Source: Chrysomallon squamiferum (Eukaryota > Animalia > Mollusca). From it: 64,000 nucleotides of DNA. The DNA lies in assembly GCA_012295275.1 (NCBI GenBank), contig CM022674.1:9734001-9798000 (forward strand). Reading direction: 5' to 3'. The position numbers and the translations under genes were made by a program. Under the pieces are notes generated by a model. It was given only the letters and a program-made list of their open reading frames with translations, was not told where the DNA came from and searched no databases. Shown here piece by piece: positions 13,901 to 25,760 of the stretch (positions are counted from its first letter, which is position 1; each line of letters starts with the position of its first letter).

Positions 13901-16900
13901 ATGCACAGAAATATTATGTTTAACTGGTTAATTCCAGGTATAGTCGTGTGCGGAAGCTTTGTTCTTGTAATCACAGCAGCATTACTTGTCTACAGATTTA
14001 TACGGTAAATAAAACCATCTCGAGTTGGCGAATAAAAATTACTGTAGAATTACAAGTTACACTAAGTGACTAAGTTACAGTAACTTGAGTAACAACGAAC
14101 CCTACATTTTATTTCAGAATCCTTGAAGAAATTTTTACATAATCAGGGCATACTAATTAATTTAAAATTCATAATTTTTGCAAACATTTCTAGACTAAAA
14201 ATAAGTAAAATAAGTAAACTACAGTAAAAAAAAAATGAAGCACTGAATGTAATACTGCATTTCAAGTCTTGTTACCAGAGATTTTATTCAGTAATTGTAT
14301 CTTGTTTTTTTTTGTTGTTTCTTTTGTTTTCCCATTTTCCTGCTGCTAGTTATTATAAACTATTTCATGTGAAATGGTCATATAAAAGTATTTATGCACA
14401 GTGTCACTTACCAGATCAACCAATTTTCCTTTTCATGATCATGTTATTAATATCAGCCTGCAGTTCTTTCTGAAATGTTTCTTGTTTTTGAAAATCCTAA
14501 TTACATTATTAAATATTGAAGAAATGTCACTGAGACACAATTATTAAACAGTTTTTGTTGAAAAAAAAAATATGAATAGAAATTAGAAGAGAATATAATA
14601 ATCCAAAACTAATAGACCTAAAAACATAGAGGCCTTATTGGTCTACTTTCATTTAACACCAAGGAGCTAAGTTAATTTCACCACATTTGTAAAAACCCAT
14701 AAACAAGGAAAACTACTTATATATAGAAAAATAAGTTGATGTGTCTTATTTAAAGTGGGTTTATACAAGCGAATAAGTAAATACATTAAGTATGATGGTA
14801 TGACAGTTCAAATATGATTTTTATAGTAAAGTGGAAATATCATAGATAGTACTGAACAAAATCTCTGTTAAAAAGTGGGTAGACATAAACTGCAAGATAA
14901 CCACTAATGAAGCATTTAATTCATATGTGAAATTTGTTATCCTTTTGATTATAATTATTTGGTTAATTTGTATTTATAATTTTTATTTATATAAATAATA
15001 AAATTTAATATAAGTATGTATAATTAATAAAATATTGTTCTAAAACTAAATATTACTACATTATAATAATGTAAGTTTAAAAAATTGCTTTATTTTAGAC
15101 GAAGGTTTCCAGTACATGTTAACTGCTGGTTCTGTAGCTCGGATACAGTTGTCCCATATGGCAATCAGAACTGTTGGGACTGTCCGGAATGCAGTCAGTA
15201 CAATGGATTTACAAAGGTAACGTAATGACCCCTGAGTATTCTGTTAGAACGGCCCATACAATTTTTTTAGACAATAATTAAAATGAATATTTTGTTGTCT
15301 GAACAAAACTTTTAACTCAATTTTATATGCTTGTAAGTACTTTTTAAAACATATTTATCATTTTTAAGAAATTTTATTTGTTGCTTATAATAAAATAGGA
15401 ACTAAAATAACTTGCAAGTATTAAAACTGACCTTTAATTTATGCAGATATTTCTAAAGGTACAATTAAAATTTATAAAAATTGTTCAAATTTTAAAGATG
15501 ATAGTTACCTTTTACAATTTTTACAGTTTTTAATATAAAATTTATATATAGTGCTGGAACTTTTGTATAAATTCTTCACCACATTAAACATGTACAAAAG
15601 TAACCTCATCTTAATGTGATAAATTAACCCACAATTTAACACAGTCTATAGTGTTTGATATGGTTAATTTGTATTATCTTTGATATACTTTATTTTGCAG
15701 GAAGGTGACTACAACAAACCAATACCTGCTCAGCACAGTGAGGATATGAATTATCCAGTCAAATGCAAGCCTGAAAAATATCTAGGCTGTCAGTCATCAC
15801 TTTGCAGACAGTGTCAACAGAATCAGCTTCTCAAAATAAAACAGCTTGCAGCCTTTATACCTGTTAATGAGGTCATTTTATTTCTGAAATATTTCTAAAC
15901 ATTTGTTAATTAAATAACCTAAGATAGATTTAGTTTTATTTATTATGTTCATTTTTTTTTTTTTTTCTACTAAAGTTTTTTGTTGGTGAGTGAACTATAG
16001 AAAAAAGACTTATGTAATGTAAATTATAGCAGTATAAATTTTTAAAAGGTCCATAAAGCATGATGTAGTTTAAATGAAGTTAATAATAAGTAGTTTTAAT
16101 TGTTGTGTATAGGACTCGTATGACTCTGAGATAAGCACATACAAGAAACAACTTGAAAAAGAGTATGACCTATGTGTTGACTGCACAGCCACCGTGGAAC
16201 ATGAACTACAGAAACAGGACGATGTGTTAAGAGTAGCACTGCAGAGAAGTACTTCAAAAATTTCAAAAATGTCCAAATCTGACAACAGTTCACAGGTAAG
16301 TAATCATCAGCTCTAGTGTGCTGATAAATGATAAAGAAGTGTTCTTAATAACTTAAAGTCTTGATTTTTAAAATAGTTTAATATTCTAGTTTAAATATAT
16401 TTGTATTTTGGTTACAGACTTCAGAAGTAGACAGTTAAGATGCTTTAGAAAGTTTTAATATCACAGTTTTAAGTCATTTGTTAGAAATATTGTATTTAGA
16501 AATGACTCATTTCAGATTATTAGTATTTCTTAACTTAGAAACAAAAAGAACAACAAAAAACATTATTATTTTTATTATTATTACTATTATAGCTTTTCCA
16601 GTTACAGGAAACACCAGTCAGCACAAACTGTAATATTGCAATGAGTAAAGCTTCTGGATTTCTGGCATGGTTGATTTCATCTGGTTTGCTTGCTTCAACA
16701 TTGTTCAGTGCTAAAACTGCATGCAAACTGATGAAGAAAATACCAGTGATTTCACAAAGTTTGCCATATGTTTTTGGACCTACTGATTTATTAAATGAAC
16801 TACTTACTAACTATGAAATGGTGCTTATTTATATTGGATGTTGTTTCTGCTTTCTTTCAAAGGTGTTAAAAGGAAAAGAAAGGTAAACTTACATTGCATG

Positions 16901-19795
16901 AACTCAGCAGTTTACAAAAAAAATAATGTTAACAGGAATTTTCTCCGTATTACCATTGACATATTTCCAATTGTAAATAGTGAAGAAAAAAGGGGAACAT
17001 GATTAAAGTCTAATGATTTAAAATTACAAATTGTCACAAAGGATGTAATCACATCAGTTTTCATACAGATGTAAACTTGTAATAAATAGCATTAAGGAGC
17101 TTGTAACTAAAAATATTGTTAAAATTGTTATTTTCTTGGCAGACAGCTTGCATATTTGGCTGATAGCATTATGGTTAACTGTTTTTCAGGTTAAATCTTG
17201 TTGATCCAGTCAACTGCTTCAGCTGGTTTTTCTGTACAGTATATTTTCTGTTGCCTCAGCAAATAGGTGGAATGATCATACCAGCAAATTTTCTTTTTTC
17301 AACCCTGAGTGTTTTGAAGAGAGAGGTGACAAAGTATGTTATTTTACATAGTTAACTAGATAGTGTGAACAGACAGGAAACAAGAAATCAATGCCATTTC
17401 CCCCCACATTTTTTATTTCTTTTTTAAATTGTTACAGTATGGAATTTAGTTAACAATTAAAGCAAATAGAGATTTGTTGCTTGTTAGTTACATCTGTAGC
17501 TGTATTATTATATTTTGAGTAAGTTAGTTTAAATTTTTGTTTTAGAACATCCCTGAAGCAGAGAGAAACACTGCGACTGTTAGAAAAATCTCCAGAGCCA
17601 TGTGAAGTTCCAAGTCCATTCACTCATCAACAGTCACTGGACAGCACTTCACAGGTTGATGCTGATGACCTCGACCTTGATTTTAATGCTCTGACAGTTG
17701 ATGCACTTGGCATCCAGTTTAAAAGAAATGATTCAGGTGAGTCATCATTATCAGTTTTTATATTTATTCATTTAAAACTGGTTTTAATGTTATTTCAACT
17801 GGTAAGGAATACATTTTGAACAGTAAATAAATAAGTATTATTATTATTAAAAATAAGTCAAATTCAGATAACATAATTTATTTATTAATTAATTTTATTT
17901 ATTCCAGTCATCAGATATCTATCTTGGGTTTACTGCTAATAGGTAGTAACCATTTCTGAAGCTATACTATAAATGACTTGTGTGTTATCAGATTCACACT
18001 AAACTACAGTTACAATATTTCAAATGCAATTGCATTTTGAGTAGAGGTAGACAATAAAACTGCTGATAAAATTTATCTATGTTATATTTTACAGGTGTGT
18101 TTTCAAGTACAACCTCTCTCAACAGTACAGTGTCAAGAGTGACATCAAACAGCACTGGAGCCAGACAACTTATTACACCAGCTAAACTCAGATACATCAG
18201 CTTCAGTGGTATGTAGTTTTTCACTAACTTTCATTGCTTGTTCAGCTTGACATTTAAAAAAAAAAAGTATTATAATAGCTTTAGAAATGACATAGAACAT
18301 ATTTATCATTAATTATTTTAACAATATTTGAATTTACAAAGTTTTGTATATGTTAAATTGCTGACATATATATTTTATTCATATATGAAAAACAGCAAGG
18401 TTTACATTAACCATATTAAATATTTAGATATTGGTTACAATGTATAATTATAAAAGATCTTGAGATGTAAATTTTATTTTTCTAACATGTCAGAAGATTT
18501 TGTACTGCTTATAAATTAGAAAATATTGGTAGTTTATCTTATAAAGCCATGGAATATCCTTTGAGAACATTGTAATTCAAGTTAGATGAAAAATATAAAT
18601 TCTGAGTTTAATAATGAAACTGAAAGTTATTATTAACCAGTAGTCAAAGTCTGAACAAAACTTCATGTTGTTTTGTTAAATCCATTGGATGATTCACCAC
18701 GGAATGACCCTGCAACTTCAAAACAAATTTTATGTTGAAGTAGATAAACTTTATGTATTAAACACATGTTATTGTGTTGCAGATCAGAATAAGTTGAAAA
18801 AACATGAACAGATTACAAGTACCTCCAACACCAGAGTTTCACAAGACAATCTTTTTCAACTTGCTTTACAGTCAACTGATCACACCCAGCTTTTCAAGAA
18901 GGAGTACATGCAGTCACTGCCATCTTTAAAAACTACTTCTGTAGACTGCATCAACTTCCCTCTACTAGTCAACAACCAAAATTTAAATCCTTTTGCTGGC
19001 AGCATGTTTAAACAGTCACTAACTGGTCACCAGCTTTCTACATCAAATCACAGCAGCAAGAAATACTATACACAAAACAGTATTTTACATAAACCAAAAA
19101 TAAACTTTCACAGTAAATCATTATTTCAGAACAGTCCAGCAAATTTAATTTCCAGTATGAGTAAGAACAAACTGAGTGACAACAAGTTGTGTTCTGCAAG
19201 TGATAGTAACAGTGAGATGAGTTTTGGAGGTACAGGATGTAGTCAGACAGCAGACAGTGTTGCAGGAAAGTCACTTCAGCATGACAAAGATTTCAGTTGC
19301 AAGTCATCTCAGTGTGATGCTGACAGTACTAAGAATGGGGATAATGGTGTTGTTAGAAAAGGTGAAAAATAATATGTATTATTGTAATTTTTTATTGTCA
19401 ATAGTATTGACAACAGTGACATTTGTAAAAGAATGATCAAAGATGTTTAAACTGATTTATTCACAATTACAATGTTGATAAAGTTCAATCAGTCATAAGA
19501 GTTTATAATGTAAGAACATAAGTTTCAATGTTGATTATATTTGCAATATAATATTAACATTCTAAACATGGATGTGAGATTTACATGTTTTTGAATAGAT
19601 TAAGTGATCTGAGATGTCAGGAATCATTTTTGCCTAATGCTTCAGAATAATTACTGATGCTAAAGTCTGTGAAATATTAAATGTTTTTATTTTTGTCTTG
19701 CAGCTTCTTCAGGAATCTCTACAATATTTGGTTTTGTTTTTGCAGTAAGTTTGGTTATCAATGTGACAGTGGCAGTTTACATGTTTGTATTTTAA
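13901..19795 (+). CDS. TMEM201: Transmembrane protein 201 (Samp1/Ima1/NET5) inner nuclear membrane protein; 10 exons
   Basis: Exons 13901-14004, 15099-15216, 15701-15871, 16113-16295, 16593-16882, 17190-17333, 17546-17736, 18095-18208, 18783-19361, 19704-19795, all GT-AG and phase-compatible. The Ima1 N-terminal zinc-finger region reads VNCWFC...VPYGNQNCWDCPECSQYNGFTKEGDYNKPIPAQ...LCRQC...LCVDC. It is followed by central TM segments, an LITPAKL motif, a Ser-rich region and a C-terminal TM helix. Confidence 0.95.
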
Positions 19796-20867
19796 CAGTG
19801 ATTTGTTTATCTGTGAACTCACTGTCAAGTGCAATCTTTGAAGACTGAACTCTGGACCAGTATAATGTGACTGTCTGTGTATAAACACAGAGTTCTATTT
19901 AACATGTATTAAGATAACATTGCCCAAAGATTTGAACTTTTGCAAGTCAATAGGAATATTTAAAAAGATAGCAATACAGAACTAATTTTAAAACCATATT
20001 TAAAATAGGACAAAATACTTTTAAAGTTTTTTTTTTTTTTTTTTTAATTATTATTATGTCAATGTTGTTTGTTTTTCCCTTTATTTTCTTCTTCTTATTA
20101 TTATTAATTTTTGTTCTGTTCTTCATTATTTTGCATTTGTATATAGCTGTTGTATTTGTTACATTTTTAATGCTGAATTTTATGGCAATAAATATTTAAA
20201 AGTTGAATTTGTATTTTATGAAAGCATTTTTGATAAATTCTCAGACTGGTGGTTTTATTTATTTAATTTAATAAACGTATTCAAGAAATTAAGCATGGAA
20301 ACTTAATCTAATGTGTTGTTATGGAAATTACCTTTTAAAGTGTTGTGTTGTATGGATTTTCTCTCTTTCTTCCTCTGTCAAAAACACATACACAACAAAA
20401 ATAATAAGAAAGCTGATTTGGTTCATTTTTAAAAGAAAAAATAAAGCAAAATATTTCAAAGAGGATGGGAGAAAAAAGCTTCAGCTTATTATTCTTGCAT
20501 ATATTATATATATATATATATATGTATATGTATTTTTTTTTCTTTCTGTGTAGAATAAAATTGCATCAATTTTAAAAATTTTTATTTAATGCCCCTCCCC
20601 CCATTCTACCACTCCAAGCTGCTATCCAAATGGTGAACATTCGACTGCTTTAATCATGTGACAAAATGACGAAAGCAGTATGAATAGCATTTCAGTTCAG
20701 TCATCTGTCATTCACAGTGAGAAGTGATTGAGTACTTCAAACTTATTTTCCTTCTTGCAATAGAAACAGACACGGAAGACATTTATTTTGAATTTTAATA
20801 AAAATAAATTACAGTACCATCTGAAAATTTTAATAATTGTAATAACTGTTTAATAATAATAATAATA

Positions 20868-20903
<36 letters not shown>

Positions 20904-22009
20904 TCGTCTACGATGAATTTTATCTGCTATTTAACCTACCTTTTGAATTATTATTGAATAGTATTTTTATTTATTTATTTTATATTTTATTTTTATTATT
21001 TGATGCAGATCTGTTTATGCCCTCCATCTGTACTCCTTTTTTCAGGTTACAATTGTGAAAAACCAAAACCAAAAACAGATTATTACTAATAAAAAAAAAA
21101 TAAAAGATGTCAAGTCGGTTTTTGGGAATAACAATAACAAAGTAACATGATCTATGAATTCAAACAAGTTTGATACAGCTAAACTGTTGAAAACACTCGA
21201 TTATAATGTATCGCATGCCTGACCAAATAAAGGGTTTATAAAAACATTCAGCACATAAGACGGCTGTTGGAAGGAGACCCTGACCTTCAAAACAAAAGGA
21301 ACATTTTTCTCTCAGTAGAATACTTACCAGTAAGTGTTGTTTTTATATAGTGTTAAAATATACATGTAAAAATTGTACTAGTTTTCAAGTGAACTTCAAG
21401 AATTATTTACTCGTCTGGCTGGAACCTGGAATTTTATAATCTGTACTTGCAATCTGTAAAGGCTTGCATTCTGTTGTCAAGAATATTTATCAAGAGCAGA
21501 GTGTTTCCTTTAGAAGAAAAAAGTGTATATATATATAAGATTTCAAATTGGTATATGAATAGTGTGGATTAAGTAATGTATAAACTCTATATTTATACAT
21601 GAGCTCTCTTTAGAATATTTTGAGAAAGCCTTAGATATAATGTTAGCATTTTCCAAGTACAATTTAAAACCTTGTGGACTGTTTCTGATTATTAAGGTAT
21701 TTCTAAGTTTTCATTTTCTTTTTTTTTAATCGAAATCTTTTTTCATATGCGATTTTTTCCCTTTAACGATATATCTCATCCAACCTTTCGCTCGACGCTG
21801 CTGCGTGTTGTGACATTTTGATAGACAACGTTACCCAGAAGAATTATTTAAAAAATCAAAACAAAAAAGAGCTGACGCATGGGCGATGCAGAGGGAGTTT
21901 AATGTGAAAACCTTGTGTAATAAACATTTAGTTTGAACTTTGCAGATTGCAAGCGTGCCTTTGTGAGCTTCAGCACAAATTGTTATTTTTACAAAGTGAT
22001 CTCGAAGCA

Positions 22010-25000
22010 ATGGGAGACAGATTAATTTTCATGTTTACTGTGCTTCTTGTATCAGATGTGTTCACGTGGTCACGTTGTGTCCAAACTGTAGTTGACCTGA
22101 CACACGACCAAGGTTTATCCACCCTATATTGGCCTGGCAACGTCGATTTCAACCTCACAATACTGTCTCGTGAACAAAAACAGTATTTTTGGTATGTATA
22201 TTGTTATTTTGTTCTACGTTGAAAACTGGTAATATTGTTTCAGTGAATGTATGTTATTCTGAGGCGGATCTAGAGTGGAGGAGGGTGCAAAGCGTCTGGC
22301 CACCCCTCAGATTTGAGAAGTGCCCCTTTTATTTAAGATTTAAATTTAAAAAAAAAAAAAAGCTGGTCGAAGCTGTTAAAAGTTCAGATTTTGTCCATTT
22401 TCCTCCACTCCCAAATCCCTTCTATAAATCCTACCATAAAAAAAAATACATGTAACTAAAGATCTTTACGTGTTCTTTTAAATGGTGTTGTTGTTGTTGT
22501 TGTATGTTTAATCAGTTCTTCGTACGAGAGTGTTAAACGCGGTGGGGGTAAACGCACTTCGGCGCCCATGGTCAGCAATTAACAGCGTGGAGTAAAAACT
22601 CCTAAACAGGGTCGCTCTACAAACGCCTGGCTTGTTTTCGCCAAAATGGCTTCAATATTATTTTTAGCACAGCAAGGAGGGTCAAAGTTCAATCTTTCTA
22701 GCAGCGTGCATGTCGTCGCTGGCAATCAGTTATATCAAAAGTTGTGTCCAAAAATGTACTTTTTCATACCTTCAAACCAATTTTGAAAAAAACTGACTGA
22801 AAATAAAACCTGTGTTCACGGGATCAAATGAGAGATCATTCAATTACCTTTCAAACAATGTGCGACACTACGGTGTGTCTTCATTGGCGAAAACAAGCTC
22901 CGCGTTTGAACGTAGCATGGCTTTGCGAAATCGCCATTACGTTACGTTTTTTTACAGAACGAAATCGCCGTACAGCTAGAAAGGTCTGGCGCTGTTTAAA
23001 ATGATTATATTTATATGTTGTGTATATTTTTAATAACTTGTTGGTTGTTTGTTTTTCATCAATGTTCCTACTTTTAACGTAAACATTATAGCACGTGCGT
23101 AGCGAAATCGCGCTCTGAAATAAACAAGTACAAAGCTAAGAAAATTATTTTATGTTTGCTTCAAATGACAGACTTACAACACCTATGTCATTAATTGCCT
23201 CTAGTCTCATGATTACATACATTTTATTGCCCCTAATTAATACCTGCAACACCTTTCTGGTGTTGACTCAAAGGATTAGCTGAGTTTATATATTGCAAAG
23301 GATTATGGTTAAACATCAAATGCTTGTAGACCTTTTAAGTAACATTTATATATATATATATATATGATACATACACACCACAGTATCTTAACTTATTACC
23401 ATCAATTATTTAATAGAGTGAAAATTGAAGCTGCTTATGTAAATAACGCTGTGCTGTTCTATATAAATTGAAAAGGTAATTTTTTTTTATGGGCTTGGCA
23501 GAATTTTTTAAAACATTTTTATTACAAATGTTAAATTCAAGTATGTCATTTGAAAGACCTTGATAAATTGTTCACAACACAGGTTGAATTTGTCAAATAA
23601 GACAAAAACTGAAACCACAGTGTCTATTTGAACTTTTAGTCGTTCTGCTGTGTGTCATTTTGAAGATTTTGGCATGTTCAGCATGATATTGTGATCACAC
23701 ATACAAACTTACAGGTCTGAAAAAAAATTGAGCTCATTTAGCAAGTTGGTCCCATCACTCTTGTTGATTTTCAGCCTTTTGTGTCAATTACTTTTCAAAC
23801 TACAGTTGGCCAAAGTAGCCCTTTCTGCTAATTAGCCAAAACAGGGCTAAAAAACAACCAAATACCTGTCGTACCAATTCACATATATCTTCTTAACTGC
23901 TGGAGATAGAATCATATTTTTTTGTGTTTTCATTCTTTTTGCTACAGCTTTCATTATGTGCCATTTTTTGCATATTATGTGAAATTAAAGTCAGAAAAAA
24001 TTTGCCTGCCAGTACCTATATAATGATAAAAACATACCAGCAAACAAAGAAATAATAATAATAATAATTATAAGTAAATATTCAGGTAAAAATAAGTTAA
24101 GATGGGCATTGGTGCGGTAGGTATGGCTGAAAAAAAGAGGTCTACAAAAAAGTTAAAAAAATTTTCTGAATGTAATCCCCTAATATATCCGTTAAGTGTT
24201 TGTTATATTATTATTTATTTCTTAAATATATGTGACATTAACACAAAAGTCAAAAGGGGTGCAAACAAATGCAGTATTAGGTAAAATGATATATTAATGT
24301 ATGTGGAGAATAAATACAGAAACAAGATTATAGATCAGAATAACTAAAGGTTCAGTAATACAAATTAACTATTTACAGGTATGAATCTAACTGGTTTGGC
24401 ACTGCAGAACATGGTGGCACTCATCTAGACGCACCTTCTCACTTTAGTAAGAATCAGTGGAGGGTACACCAGATACCTGCATCTCGTCTGATCGGTCCTG
24501 GCATCATCATTAACATCACCTCAAAAGTAATTGTTAATCCGGATTACAGACTTCATATTTCTGACCTCAAGTCGTGGGAACAAACTCATGGCAGAATTCC
24601 AAACAGCGCCATTGTTTTGATGCATTCTGACTGGGCAGTCCGGTACCCAAATCCAGCATCTGTATTCAACACAAATGAACCCAACAACCCGGCAACCTTT
24701 CACTTTCCTGGATTCCACGAACAAGCCATCACATGGTTGGTTGTTAACAGAAATATAAGCATAGTTGGTGTGGATACACCGTCTGTTGATTATGGACAAT
24801 CTGAACAGTTTAAGGTGCATCAGGTTTTGGGTAAAAACAATATCCCAGGTTTGGAAAATGTGGCCAGTCTTCGGGAACTTCCTTCCAAAGGATTTACAGT
24901 GTTTGTTGGAGTCATGAAACTTGTTGACGGAAGTGGCGCACCAGCTCGTATCATGGCATTAATGGATGACAGCTCAGTTACAAACCATGGTCACCACTGC

Positions 25001-25060
25001 TCCATGCCTTTCCTCACATCATCTGTTGCTCTGCTCATCTTTCTTTCTCAGCATTATTAA
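22010..25060 (+). CDS. Cyclase-family metallohydrolase (kynurenine formamidase KynB / isatin hydrolase-like) with signal peptide and C-terminal hydrophobic tail; exons 22010-22191 and 24379-25060
   Basis: Spliced translation gives VVDLTH...YWPG, the metal-binding motif EHGGTHLDAPSHF (HxGTHxDxPxH), FPGF, VGVDTPSVD, VHQVL, GLENV and GSGAPARI. The intron is phase 2, GTATGT...TTTACAG. Confidence 0.93.
22520..23110. mobile_element. Probable non-autonomous element in the hydrolase intron, with an internal inverted repeat
   Basis: CpG-richer block in an AT-rich intron. AAACGCCTGGCTTGTTTTCGCCAA (~22621-22644) pairs with TTGGCGAAAACAAGCTCCGCGTTT (~22884-22907). Boundaries are approximate. Confidence 0.4.
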
Positions 25061-25760
25061 AAGCTAAATTGTGAATGATTTGGTTAATCACCTACTGTTT
25101 ATAAGGAAGGTTTACATACAAATTTGAATTATGTACGCATTGGTAGATGTTGATAGGAATTGTGAAAAGTCAATCAAATATTTTTTTATCATTTTTTTTT
25201 AAACTCTTTAGTAACTTCATCACAAAAAACCCACAATGATATGTGCTTTAGACCAATATAGTTCTTTGACTAAAAGAAATATCATGATAAAACAGACGTG
25301 CACTTTTATAGTCAACAAACACAAACATCAGATATTGGTATATTTATATTTAATATATACATATTTTACTTCACCTCGTGTGAAAACACACTCCCTTATT
25401 TATAGAAACAACTTACAATGGAATACAGAATTTACATTTATTTCATTATAAATACACACACAAATCAAAAGTTGAGGTTTATTTCTTTTTTGTACGGTAT
25501 TTCTTCTAAACATTAAAATATTAACAACTTCTCACATATTAACTTTAGTATTTAATCTATTAACAGTTTATTGCTTCAGTTAAAACCTCTTCCTTTTCTC
25601 ATTCACCTCTTCTGCATCTTTTTTCAAATTTAAATCATATTAAATATAAGCTAGATATTTTACCCCTCAAATCCTCCAAATAATAAAATAATTGCTGATA
25701 CTATTTAGACTTGACTACTTAAATTATGACAGTGTTGTGACATACAAAAGGTTTATAAAA

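Noticed and set aside
18689-19372. Stand-alone 227-aa ORF
   Set aside because: It is TMEM201 exon 9 (18783-19361) plus flanking intron.
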